A stretch of DNA of 64,000 bases from a virus, in IMG/VR virus record IMGVR_UViG_3300012001_000008, positions 1 to 64,000 of that record. The stretch is one strand, 5' to 3'. Below are positions 26,701-34,397 of the stretch, in pieces. Under the pieces are notes generated by a model, which ran no database searches, was not told where the DNA came from, and was given only the letters and a program-made list of their open reading frames with translations. Each line of letters begins with the position of its first letter. Within the stretch, counting starts at the first letter, position 1. Position numbers and translations under genes: made by a program.

Positions 26701-29700
26701 CGTTGTGTGTGTAAGCGTATTAGCCTTGCGCTTAAGGGAATCTGTAGTATGGGTATCGTTAACCGCCTTACGCTTGTTTGAGTCTGTTGTGTGCGAACGA
26801 GTATAACTAGAAACACCAGAACCAATTGTGAAGTCTGATGCAGTTTCTGCATTTCCACCATAAGAAACCTTAGTACCATCTGTACTAGATTCAGTTCCCC
26901 ACACTTGCCAGTGATAACTCGTGCCAGATGTTCCGCTAGTGAAACGACTATAGAACGGAGTATAGACAGCTGGTGCTTTTTCAGCCCAAGTACTGCTATT
27001 TGGTGTGCTGTAGTTAGGTGTTAGTTCCCAAGTGTCGTTATACCAAGTACCTGTAGATGGGCGACCACCAAATATGTATAGCTTTCCAGAGATAAATGAA
27101 CTCATTGATGTACGACGAGCTGCTGGACCACCAGTAGGTGTTGCAGAAGCCCATGTTGTACCAGATAGAGAGAAGTATTGTAGTGATTGTAGTACGTTTG
27201 TGCCATCGAAACCACCCCAGATAATGAGCTGGTCGTTTGTTGCGTCATAGGCATAGTTTGGCGTACGACGAGCAGTACCACCAGAAGATGTTGGCGTTAC
27301 CCAAGCACCACTAGTAGTCGAGTAGTCAAGATATACGAGTTGGCTTGAAACGGTTGTAAGAGCAGCATCAGTTGCACCACCATATAGGTACATACGAGTG
27401 TTGCTTGTCTTATTGAATACACCTGGACCCAACACTGCTGTAGGCGCTGTGCCAGTAGGGGTGCGTAGTGTCCAAACACCATCAGCACTTGACGAGAAAC
27501 TTAGCTCCCATACTTGGTTATATGCAGTAGAAGCATCTCCACCCATAGTGAAGATTGCGCGGTTATTCGTAGCATCGAAAATACCGACAGATAGCCAGCG
27601 AGGAGATGGAGGTGTCCCAGTAGGGTTAAGCTTTGAGGCTGTATAGTTACCGAGTGAGTCGGCAGTTAAAGCCCAGACCTCATTGCTGTTCTGTGAGCCA
27701 CCATTAAGACCACCGAAGACAATAACACGACTACGGGTAGAGTCGTATACACCAGCAATACCCTCCATAGGAGGAAGTGTCTTAAAGCCTTTGTTTGTGT
27801 AGCGCCAAGTATTATTGCTCTGATTGTATGCCCATATATCACCGACGTGTGAACCAGTGACAATGGTGGCACTGTCGTACATGTCCGCGAAGCCACCAAC
27901 AATTACCCACTCAGAGCGGTCAGAGTTCCAGATGCTAGCGTTCGCGTCGCGTGATGTAAGATATTCACCCTGAGATAGACCATATACGACAGAGCTTGCT
28001 TCCGTCATGTCGATAGCGTATTGGTAGCGCTCTGTACTATCCACCGTTTCCATTCCACGAAGGACTAGATAGTTTAAGTCTGTGTTTATGGTGTTGGCGG
28101 TATAGACGTTACCAGCAAAGGCTTGGTCGGTTGTACTATTGGCGCGGAGTTGTACATATGCAGGAGAGCCGTCTAGGTCAGAGATGTAGCCAACGTCGTT
28201 ATAAGCACTTGCCTGTGTACCCTGAAAACCAGCTGCATAGAAGAAGCGGTTATTAACGGCATCGTAACCACCAGAAGAGAACTCACGACCTGCTGGGGCT
28301 GTGCCAGAAGGAGTAATTTGAGTCCAAGCATTTCCAGCTATGTCATAAGACCAGAAGTCTGATAGGTATGTAGTACCGTTGTAGCCACCGAATAGAAATA
28401 GTTTGCCAGTTGAAGACTTATAGTCAATAACAGCACCAGTACGAGCAGAAGGGCTACCAGCTGCACCATCGGCTAATAAGACTGTCCATGTAAGTGAGCC
28501 AGGGGAGTCAACATCGAAAGTACCGCGCCAAAGCGTGTTGACACGAGTCGCGCCAGGCCAACCACCGAACATGTAGACATAGTTCTGTGAAGCATCGCCA
28601 GATACAGGGATAGCTGCCATTTGACGAGTGATGTAACTCATCGCTGTTGGTGTGTTTGTCTGTGTTACTGTTGTCCAAGACTCACCACCAGGTGTAGATA
28701 CGTCAAGAGCGTGCATTTCGCTTAGGTCAGAGCCAGTAGTACCACCCCATATAACCATGAATGCCTTATCAGCACCACCAGATGTAGCAGTACCGCGTAC
28801 ATATGTCGCCCCAGCAAGGTTCTTCGCTGTAGGAGGAGTACCAGTTGGAGATAGCTTGCGCCAAGGCATACCAGGACGGTCAGCAGGCTGTTCCCATGCT
28901 TCGTTATAACGAGTTGTGCCATCGTAACCACCAAAGAAGATATAGCGCTTATTCTTCTTGTCATAGATTAAGTTAGCACCACGATTACCGTGTGATACGG
29001 CTGTCATCGACTGAGAACGTGTACGCTCCGTGATATTAGCAGTATTTGTGAAGCTCGTGCTTGTGTTTTGTACCTCTGCCTTGAGTATGTCTTGGTTGCC
29101 AACAACACCGCTAGTATATTCAGAGTTGAGGTTCACATAGGTTGTCACGCCATCTGTAGTAGATGTCCCAACAGGGGTGATAGTGCTAAAGTCGTCCGCG
29201 TATTGACCGAGCGTTCTTACTGTGGGAGTAAGTGTGGGGAACGGAGTAACGATACTAGTGCTTGAGCCACCAGTTTCTATAGCAACAGATACAGCACCAC
29301 CGTGCGAGTTGGTGCTACGGAACTGGTAGCGAATACGAAGACGGTCTGTAGAAGAACCAGCAGACCATGTAAGTGAGCTGAATGTGAAGGTTTTAATACC
29401 TGTCGTCGAGATGTTATTTTCGGCGCTAATTGTCTTACTCTCCTGAACCGTGCCAGAGCTATTTATGCGTTCTAACTGTACGGCGAGGTAAACAGAGCTA
29501 CTCGCAGTCGTTACGTTTACATTTACAGTAATAGTACCGCTCGTAAAGGTGCTTATTCCAGGCTCGTTTGGTTTAGTGTATCCAAAGCTTGCCTCTGTCG
29601 CGGAGTTTGTTACGGCAACAGTAATAGACCCTGCTGCTTCTGCAACTAGGGTCTCGTTCTTGTTAAATACTACACCACCAGTTAGTGCCGAGTCGGTGGC

Positions 29701-29724
29701 GCTAAGATAGTATGTTCTAGCCAT
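23740..29724 (-). CDS. Giant virion-associated protein: Kelch beta-propeller repeats plus ~65 tandem 15-aa HTTD repeats
   Basis: Repeated FGG/WGG...W Kelch motifs in the N-terminal half; repeat region 23880-26805; likely start MARTYY. Confidence 0.85.
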   Translation of the reverse strand: MARTYYLSATDSALTGGVVFNKNETLVAEAAGSITVAVTNSATEASFGYTKPNEPGISTFTSGTITVNVNVTTASSSVYLAVQLERINSSGTVQESKTISAENNISTTGIKTFTFSSLTWSAGSSTDRLRIRYQFRSTNSHGGAVSVAIETGGSSTSIVTPFPTLTPTVRTLGQYADDFSTITPVGTSTTDGVTTYVNLNSEYTSGVVGNQDILKAEVQNTSTSFTNTANITERTRSQSMTAVSHGNRGANLIYDKKNKRYIFFGGYDGTTRYNEAWEQPADRPGMPWRKLSPTGTPPTAKNLAGATYVRGTATSGGADKAFMVIWGGTTGSDLSEMHALDVSTPGGESWTTVTQTNTPTAMSYITRQMAAIPVSGDASQNYVYMFGGWPGATRVNTLWRGTFDVDSPGSLTWTVLLADGAAGSPSARTGAVIDYKSSTGKLFLFGGYNGTTYLSDFWSYDIAGNAWTQITPSGTAPAGREFSSGGYDAVNNRFFYAAGFQGTQASAYNDVGYISDLDGSPAYVQLRANSTTDQAFAGNVYTANTINTDLNYLVLRGMETVDSTERYQYAIDMTEASSVVYGLSQGEYLTSRDANASIWNSDRSEWVIVGGFADMYDSATIVTGSHVGDIWAYNQSNNTWRYTNKGFKTLPPMEGIAGVYDSTRSRVIVFGGLNGGSQNSNEVWALTADSLGNYTASKLNPTGTPPSPRWLSVGIFDATNNRAIFTMGGDASTAYNQVWELSFSSSADGVWTLRTPTGTAPTAVLGPGVFNKTSNTRMYLYGGATDAALTTVSSQLVYLDYSTTSGAWVTPTSSGGTARRTPNYAYDATNDQLIIWGGFDGTNVLQSLQYFSLSGTTWASATPTGGPAARRTSMSSFISGKLYIFGGRPSTGTWYNDTWELTPNYSTPNSSTWAEKAPAVYTPFYSRFTSGTSGTSYHWQVWGTESSTDGTKVSYGGNAETASDFTIGSGVSSYTRSHTTDSNKRKAVNDTHTTDSLKRKANTLTHTTDSLKRTSSNKTHTTDTLKRKQATLTHTTSANKRLAVTKTHTTDASKKVSGLLKTHTTNTLIRKQGTASHTTDANKKVASLTRTHTTDSLKKKGGLTLTHTTDSYLRTGIQTLTVAHTTDALKRVQVTKTHTADALKRKASTQTHTTSSVLRKSGTKTHTTDSFKHIQATRTHTTDALKHVQVTKTHTTDALKRIQSVKTHATDAIKRKGNTLSHTTDTVKRTTNTLSHTTDSLRHKQVTVSHTTDALARKSITLTQTTDSFLRKSVSKTHTTDANKKKAGLTLSHTTSANKRLATTKTHTTDALKRTSSTVNHTTSAVLRKSSTLSHSTDSFLRVSKTISHTTSANKKKAQTVAHTTNSNLRKATTVLHTTDSNKRKANLTLSHTTDALKRSSNSVSHTTSAVTHKQFTKTHTTDALVRSKHTLSHTTDSFLFSQSAVSHTTDANKKKAGNSLSHATDSLIRTQGALSHTTDALRRLTSSKGHTTDSLVRKSGTHTHTTSSVLRKQVTLTHATDANKRKANVVVHTTDTLKRTQNSKFHTTDALKKTRNSLTHTTNALIRSAVSLTHTVDSLLRKRLAISHTTDTNTRKALTKTHTTDALKRTQNILSHTTDTDIRRTNTKVHTTDAFTHRSLTTSHTTDANKKKTITVVHTTDSFIHGANQLSHTTDSNKRVASIKRHHLTDANRHTANTVAHSTSSAIRKALSLSHTTDTLARKLTQLVHTTDSLLRSKRTVSHATDANIKKANSKYHTTNTLKRSRTTASHLTDAVLRTTSSISHTTDANKSVLSANTRVHTTDSLLRKVVVVTHTTDALKRISTTVSHFTDALLVRRTVVSHTTSSVIRKLFSLAQFTDANKRKADTVYHTTNANKRKLTQIVHSTDALLKQRYVITHSTDAQLRTTIVVSHATDANKRGTSEVTHTTDSSLSSASIVFHTTDSALYTLLGRKWVLINGQWVNAMVFYPVNGNWVQAEVYYKDSNGNWIEAL
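23880..26805 (-). repeat. Degenerate 45-nt coding tandem repeat (HTTD[AS]xxR)
   Basis: Recurrent CACACAAC[AT]GA every ~45 nt on the minus strand. Confidence 0.9.
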
Positions 29725-30112
29725 TCTTTGGCTCTCCAACCACTACTGGTTCAGCAGGGTGTAGCCATTCGCCATAGTCTTCGAAGGCTATCTTTTCTAT
29801 CTTCATTAGATTGTCCCAGTGCGTGTATTTTCCATAGAGAATATGACCACTGACCTTAGTAGTGTCATCAAAGTGGGAGGTGAAGCGTAGGTCTTCTGTG
29901 AGGGCATAGTAATCGCAACCAGAAGAGTATAGACGGGTGTGCCGTCCCATGCCATCAAGTTTAACGAAGTAAATCATTACAACCTGAATGTCATCGGTAG
30001 GAGCTTTTGTCCATTCCTTGTACGTTGTGCCTGTGTAAGTACTATCAGAGTACCAGATTTTGAATCCAGCAACTTCCTGATAGTCCAATTGTGGTGTTAT
30101 AGAAGTATCCAT
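29717..30112 (-). CDS. Hypothetical protein
   Basis: 131-aa ORF in the tail-tip operon. Confidence 0.7.
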   Translation of the reverse strand: MDTSITPQLDYQEVAGFKIWYSDSTYTGTTYKEWTKAPTDDIQVVMIYFVKLDGMGRHTRLYSSGCDYYALTEDLRFTSHFDDTTKVSGHILYGKYTHWDNLMKIEKIAFEDYGEWLHPAEPVVVGEPKNG

Positions 30113-30139
30113 AACAATTAAGCCTTTGCGGGAGATGTC

Positions 30140-30565
30140 TTAGAGAATAGTAACGCCATCAGAGTCCGCATCCGAAGCATCCTCTTGTTCGCTCTGAGGC
30201 GGATAGAACCATTCACTGTTAGGGAGAAATTGAGAAGTAGCTTCAATGTGTCCATCAGACTCAAAGATGCCAACAATTCCCTGTTCGCCATTTTTACCAA
30301 TCTTACCAACAACATGGCATGTCTCAATGACACCGCCACCTGGCGTTGCCTGATTACGGCGTCTCCAAACAAGACGTTCGCCGTGTTTGAAAGTAACAAG
30401 AAGAACGCGCTCGTTTCTAGCCCAATCCCATAACTCAAAAGACTTCAAGTTATCGAGTGGAATATCCTCATACGCGTTCCTCTGACCAGAGGCAGCTACT
30501 TGAGATAGTGAACCACCATCGTTACTGTATGCTACCCATCTGAACTTATCACCAATATTTGACAT
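30140..30565 (-). CDS. Hypothetical protein
   Basis: 141 aa, AAGGAG RBS. Confidence 0.75.
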   Translation of the reverse strand: MSNIGDKFRWVAYSNDGGSLSQVAASGQRNAYEDIPLDNLKSFELWDWARNERVLLVTFKHGERLVWRRRNQATPGGGVIETCHVVGKIGKNGEQGIVGIFESDGHIEATSQFLPNSEWFYPPQSEQEDASDADSDGVTIL

Positions 30566-30622
30566 TGCATTGTCTCCTTTTCCCTCATTGCATTGAGGTT
30601 AAAATACTTATTTATTTTTCAA

Positions 30623-30871
30623 TTAGCCGATAACGACGATGTTATCTTCGGTTGTCCACCAACCCTTGCCTACCACTGGTAGACCGTTGCCCTGTTCACG
30701 CTCGTCGACGAGACCGTCGAGGCTATGTGCATAGACTGTGTACTCGTCAAGCTCTACGCCAACTTTTTTACCAACTTCATCTTGTACAACTTTAACTGTA
30801 CCGTTAATTGGGGTGTTCTGTGGTGTGCCGACGAGGATAGTGACCTTGTCACCTACTTTAAGTGTTGCCAT
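30623..30871 (-). CDS. Small SH3/KOW-like protein
   Basis: LKVGDKV...VGVELD; AAGGAG RBS. Confidence 0.7.
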   Translation of the reverse strand: MATLKVGDKVTILVGTPQNTPINGTVKVVQDEVGKKVGVELDEYTVYAHSLDGLVDEREQGNGLPVVGKGWWTTEDNIVVIG

Positions 30872-30902
30872 AAAGTGTTATCTCCTTAAACCTTAGTTTA
30901 TC

Positions 30903-31439
30903 TTAGCTTGATGTGTCGTCGTACTTCCAGGTGAAAGTCTCAGCTGCTGTAGCACCTGATGCTGCTGTTGTACCGACTACGATTTGGTATACAACGTAGT
31001 TACCAAACTGACCAGTAGTGGTAGTTGTACCAGTAACTGATAGAGGTGACGCTGATGTAAACGTGAATGGGTCTACAGGAGTTGTAACTGTTGTGTAGTT
31101 AGTAGTGTTAAGTACTAGACCAGTTGTACCAGTTGTACCAGTAGCCTGTGTGTAAGCAGTAGCTTGGTTAGCTAGGGCTGTAACACCTGTACCGAAGTTA
31201 TTTACGCCGTCTGTGTACCACTTCAAGTTGTCTACTGTACCGCTTGTGATAGCAGTTACATTAAGACGTGTAACGACCCAGAATGAGTAGTTAGAACCTG
31301 ATGTTGGAACAAGAATGCTGTTTGCAGTACCCGCTGTTGAGTGAGCGTCTTCTGCGTTTGCACGAGTGTTGATTGATGTGATGTCAGTCGCTGTTGGACC
31401 TACACCTGTCAATCGGTTAATTATCACTGTTGCTGCCAT
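30903..31439 (-). CDS. Thr-rich structural protein (probable virion decoration)
   Basis: 178 aa beta-rich, strong RBS, own TATAAT at ~31483. Confidence 0.7.
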   Translation of the reverse strand: MAATVIINRLTGVGPTATDITSINTRANAEDAHSTAGTANSILVPTSGSNYSFWVVTRLNVTAITSGTVDNLKWYTDGVNNFGTGVTALANQATAYTQATGTTGTTGLVLNTTNYTTVTTPVDPFTFTSASPLSVTGTTTTTGQFGNYVVYQIVVGTTAASGATAAETFTWKYDDTSS

Positions 31440-31494
31440 TATGTTTCCTTTTTTTGTTTATGTAGTATGTCTACTACTATTATTATACAATACC

Positions 31495-31803
31495 TTACGC
31501 CGTCTTGACCCAAGTATCTTCTGTTGTTGCATTATTCGGCGCGACACTGCCTACCCATTCGACGTATAGAGCATTTGGTCTCGCTACGTTTGGGTCTGCT
31601 TGGTGGTGCGAGCGCACGAATGTGCTGACCCCAGTTGCTCCTATATCGCCTTGGTCTCCCTTGTCTCCCTTGTCGCCTTTTGGTCCCACTTTTCCTGAGT
31701 GGTGAAGACTAACATTCGAGTTCTTCTTACTGAGCTTGACATTGTCCTTGCGATAGACGATTTTAATGGTCTTGTCTTGTTTACTAAGACGAATACTTGC
31801 CAT
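31495..31803 (-). CDS. Collagen-like repeat tail protein
   Basis: GPKGDKGDKGDQGDIGATG. Confidence 0.75.
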   Translation of the reverse strand: MASIRLSKQDKTIKIVYRKDNVKLSKKNSNVSLHHSGKVGPKGDKGDKGDQGDIGATGVSTFVRSHHQADPNVARPNALYVEWVGSVAPNNATTEDTWVKTA

Positions 31804-32138
31804 TACGAAACCTCTATCTGGTCCAATGCCTCATTTACGATGAACTCTGGGAAGTCGCTTCCACAACCATCACAATCACCTTGTGGCGAAGGGTATTTCT
31901 CCGTCTGCCCAAGTGCATCTGTAATGTTTATTTGATAGAAGTAGGTGTCAAGAGGAATCTGGGTGTCTATACCTGTGAATTGGAATGTACCAACCCCATT
32001 AGTAAGAGTGATATGCTTTGTCAAAACAAATAGTTGTCCTGGCTTGCCAATATAGATGTCGGCAGAAACTGCCGTAACATCACCTGCGTCAAGGGGTAGA
32101 GTTACGTCTTCCCCATATCTAATACTGATTGATTCCAT
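31803..32138 (-). CDS. BppU-N-like small tail protein
   Basis: ISIRYGED...T.IP..TYFYQI.ITD...KYP pattern. Confidence 0.55.
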   Translation of the reverse strand: MESISIRYGEDVTLPLDAGDVTAVSADIYIGKPGQLFVLTKHITLTNGVGTFQFTGIDTQIPLDTYFYQINITDALGQTEKYPSPQGDCDGCGSDFPEFIVNEALDQIEVS

Positions 32139-32275
32139 TTTATCCTTTTGTGGGTTGAGTTTGCGACATCGTTTCCATCGCTAGGAAACTTAGACACCGT
32201 CTATGTAGCCCATACTACACGAGGAACGTCGCTCTAGTCGCTAGGACTTGCTTGTGTCTACTTTTATTATAACAG

Positions 32276-32614
32276 CTACATGAAAAACAGGATTGAGCCT
32301 GTCTTCTTAGACGAACCAGCAAGGGTTGTGAAGCTAGTATTACTAGAATACTCGAATGTGTTGCCATCCCATTCACGCGCGTAGATATAGTATAGCGTCG
32401 ATGGACTAAGCCCTGTTAGTGTACCACTATACGCGCCGTTACCAGAGAGAGATATATCCTTTGAGTAGGTCGTAGAGCCACTTGTAAGACCATAGTAGAG
32501 CGTAACTAGGGAAGCTGGGTACTGGTCTCCATATGCCTGTCCAGAGATAGTGACACTCGTGCTAGAGTTATTAGCTACAGAGGTTATTGTTACATAGCCT
32601 TGTGCGCCAGCCAT
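32276..32614 (-). CDS. Fibronectin-III-like domain protein
   Basis: LTGLSPSTLYYIYA...SFTT; start MAGAQG at 32614. Confidence 0.7.
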   Translation of the reverse strand: MAGAQGYVTITSVANNSSTSVTISGQAYGDQYPASLVTLYYGLTSGSTTYSKDISLSGNGAYSGTLTGLSPSTLYYIYAREWDGNTFEYSSNTSFTTLAGSSKKTGSILFFM

Positions 32615-32615
32615 T

Positions 32616-34397
32616 CTAGTAGTTGCCCATGACTGTAATACAGTCCCACTTAGCGTCCGTAGCATTGTATATCACGCCAACATACAGGTTCTTGCCAGCA
32701 ACAGTGGTGGTTGGGAGAACGGCATCTCCTGAACGGTGACTTGCAGGCCAAGTAAGAGCGCGAGCCGTGCCATTGTCCTTAATGTGGTAGAGAATACGGT
32801 TGTTGTCCGTCGGAGTACCAGTAGGTTCACTAAATGAGGCAGCAGCAGCAAGCGCCGTGATGTCTAGGGTGTTAAGACTAGCAGACCCGCTTGCTTGTGG
32901 AGTCCCAGAGCTTACAATGCTGATGTTATTCTGGTATGCTACCTCTTTGAAGTAAACATTACGGTCTGTACCGATACGGAAGATAGACTGACCAGTTGGT
33001 ACACTGATTGTCTGTGTAGTTGTGTAAAGACCATCTACAATTCTTACCTGAACCTGATAGGAGTGAGCAGAAGATGCTGTACCAGTGGCTGCAACAATAA
33101 TACCCTGGTCATTAGCTGCAATTGCACCCGTACCGCTCGTCTGTGTGTTTGCTACATTTGTCCAAGATACACCAGTGATGTCTGCACCGTCTGTAATGTA
33201 TCTGTATTGAACACCGCTTGTAGCATTTACTGTGTTCTTATCTACTGAGCTAATTGTGACGGGCGAAACGACACCATTAATCTTAAGGATAAGAGCGTCG
33301 TCATATCCGTTGGCGCGAATCGCTGTTGCGTTGACAGTAGGTTGAATATATGGAATTATAGTTACTGGTAGTGTTGCCAATTTGCCATTTCCACGCGAAT
33401 CCACCGCTCTCGTAGAGATTGTCTGTACACCAGTAACATCAGATACGCTTCCAACAGTTAATACTGCGTCGGCAGAGCTTGAATATGATAGGTTATTAGA
33501 ATACCCACCGATGTTGACCGTGTAGTGGCTCATCGTTGCGTACTTCTGTGGAGTTGCCTTATTTGCAAGAGGCACTGTCACCTGTAGCGTAGATTGACCC
33601 TGAATAAGATACTGATTGTTGCCAGTTAGCGTCGCGGTTGTCGAATTAGAGTCCGCATATGTGAATGTACTGAATATAGGGTTCGCCTGTCCCGTATCAT
33701 TCTTAATAGTTACCGTTCTTGTACGGTAGTCATAGTTATCGCCACCAAGAGAGTCATGGATACCGATATTGATGTTGAATGTATTAGAGTTTGGCGAAGA
33801 AGCCTGTAGGTGGTTGATGAGTGCCGAGTTAAAGGTATAGTTATGACGGCTTGTGGAGTTAGCGTCTGTTACCGCGCGACCAGATGGGTCATCAATGAAC
33901 GAGTCTACAGCAGTGCCAGCAGGGTTGTTGAACTCTACCCACATTGGTCCTTCGTCGTAGGCTGTAATGCCACCAGAGTCCATAGAAAGCGCCGTAAGTG
34001 TAGCGTGGCGAGGGATTGTAGGCAAGTCCCAAGAACCTGAGTTAGAGTAATTGCCGTATGAGTATAGCCACCCAGTTGAGGAGATACCGAAGTTCTTTGT
34101 ACCATCGGTATTGTGACCAATGTCCCAAGAACCGCTCAATAGTTGAACATCTCCACCAACAGTAATGTTAGACCAAGTGTTACCACCGATTGCCTGACCA
34201 CCGTTAATGTAACCATCAACAGATTTAATAGCATTTGAATACCAAGTAGCTGTAGCGCTACCAGATTTAGATACACCCCATTGCCAGTTAATGGTTGAGT
34301 AGTTGCCAGCTATGTTTTGACTAGCCAATTGCCATTGGAAGTAGAAATAGGTGTAGTTAGCTACGCCTGAGTTTGCTCGTCCTGATGTACTTGACAT
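32616..34397 (-). CDS. Siphovirus minor tail protein (DUF859-like N-terminus)
   Basis: QNIAGNYSTI, HNTDGTK and LPTIPR motifs. Confidence 0.8.
   Translation of the reverse strand: MSSTSGRANSGVANYTYFYFQWQLASQNIAGNYSTINWQWGVSKSGSATATWYSNAIKSVDGYINGGQAIGGNTWSNITVGGDVQLLSGSWDIGHNTDGTKNFGISSTGWLYSYGNYSNSGSWDLPTIPRHATLTALSMDSGGITAYDEGPMWVEFNNPAGTAVDSFIDDPSGRAVTDANSTSRHNYTFNSALINHLQASSPNSNTFNINIGIHDSLGGDNYDYRTRTVTIKNDTGQANPIFSTFTYADSNSTTATLTGNNQYLIQGQSTLQVTVPLANKATPQKYATMSHYTVNIGGYSNNLSYSSSADAVLTVGSVSDVTGVQTISTRAVDSRGNGKLATLPVTIIPYIQPTVNATAIRANGYDDALILKINGVVSPVTISSVDKNTVNATSGVQYRYITDGADITGVSWTNVANTQTSGTGAIAANDQGIIVAATGTASSAHSYQVQVRIVDGLYTTTQTISVPTGQSIFRIGTDRNVYFKEVAYQNNISIVSSGTPQASGSASLNTLDITALAAAASFSEPTGTPTDNNRILYHIKDNGTARALTWPASHRSGDAVLPTTTVAGKNLYVGVIYNATDAKWDCITVMGNY

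Noticed and set aside
23880-26805. Periodic repeat that could be mistaken for a CRISPR array
   Set aside because: The 45-nt period is in frame, degenerate at wobble positions and inside a CDS; there are no identical repeats with unique spacers and no cas genes.
23849-26806. Numerous + strand ORFs rich in SVVC/VVW
   Set aside because: Antisense shadows of the HTTD repeat region; no RBS or independent signal.
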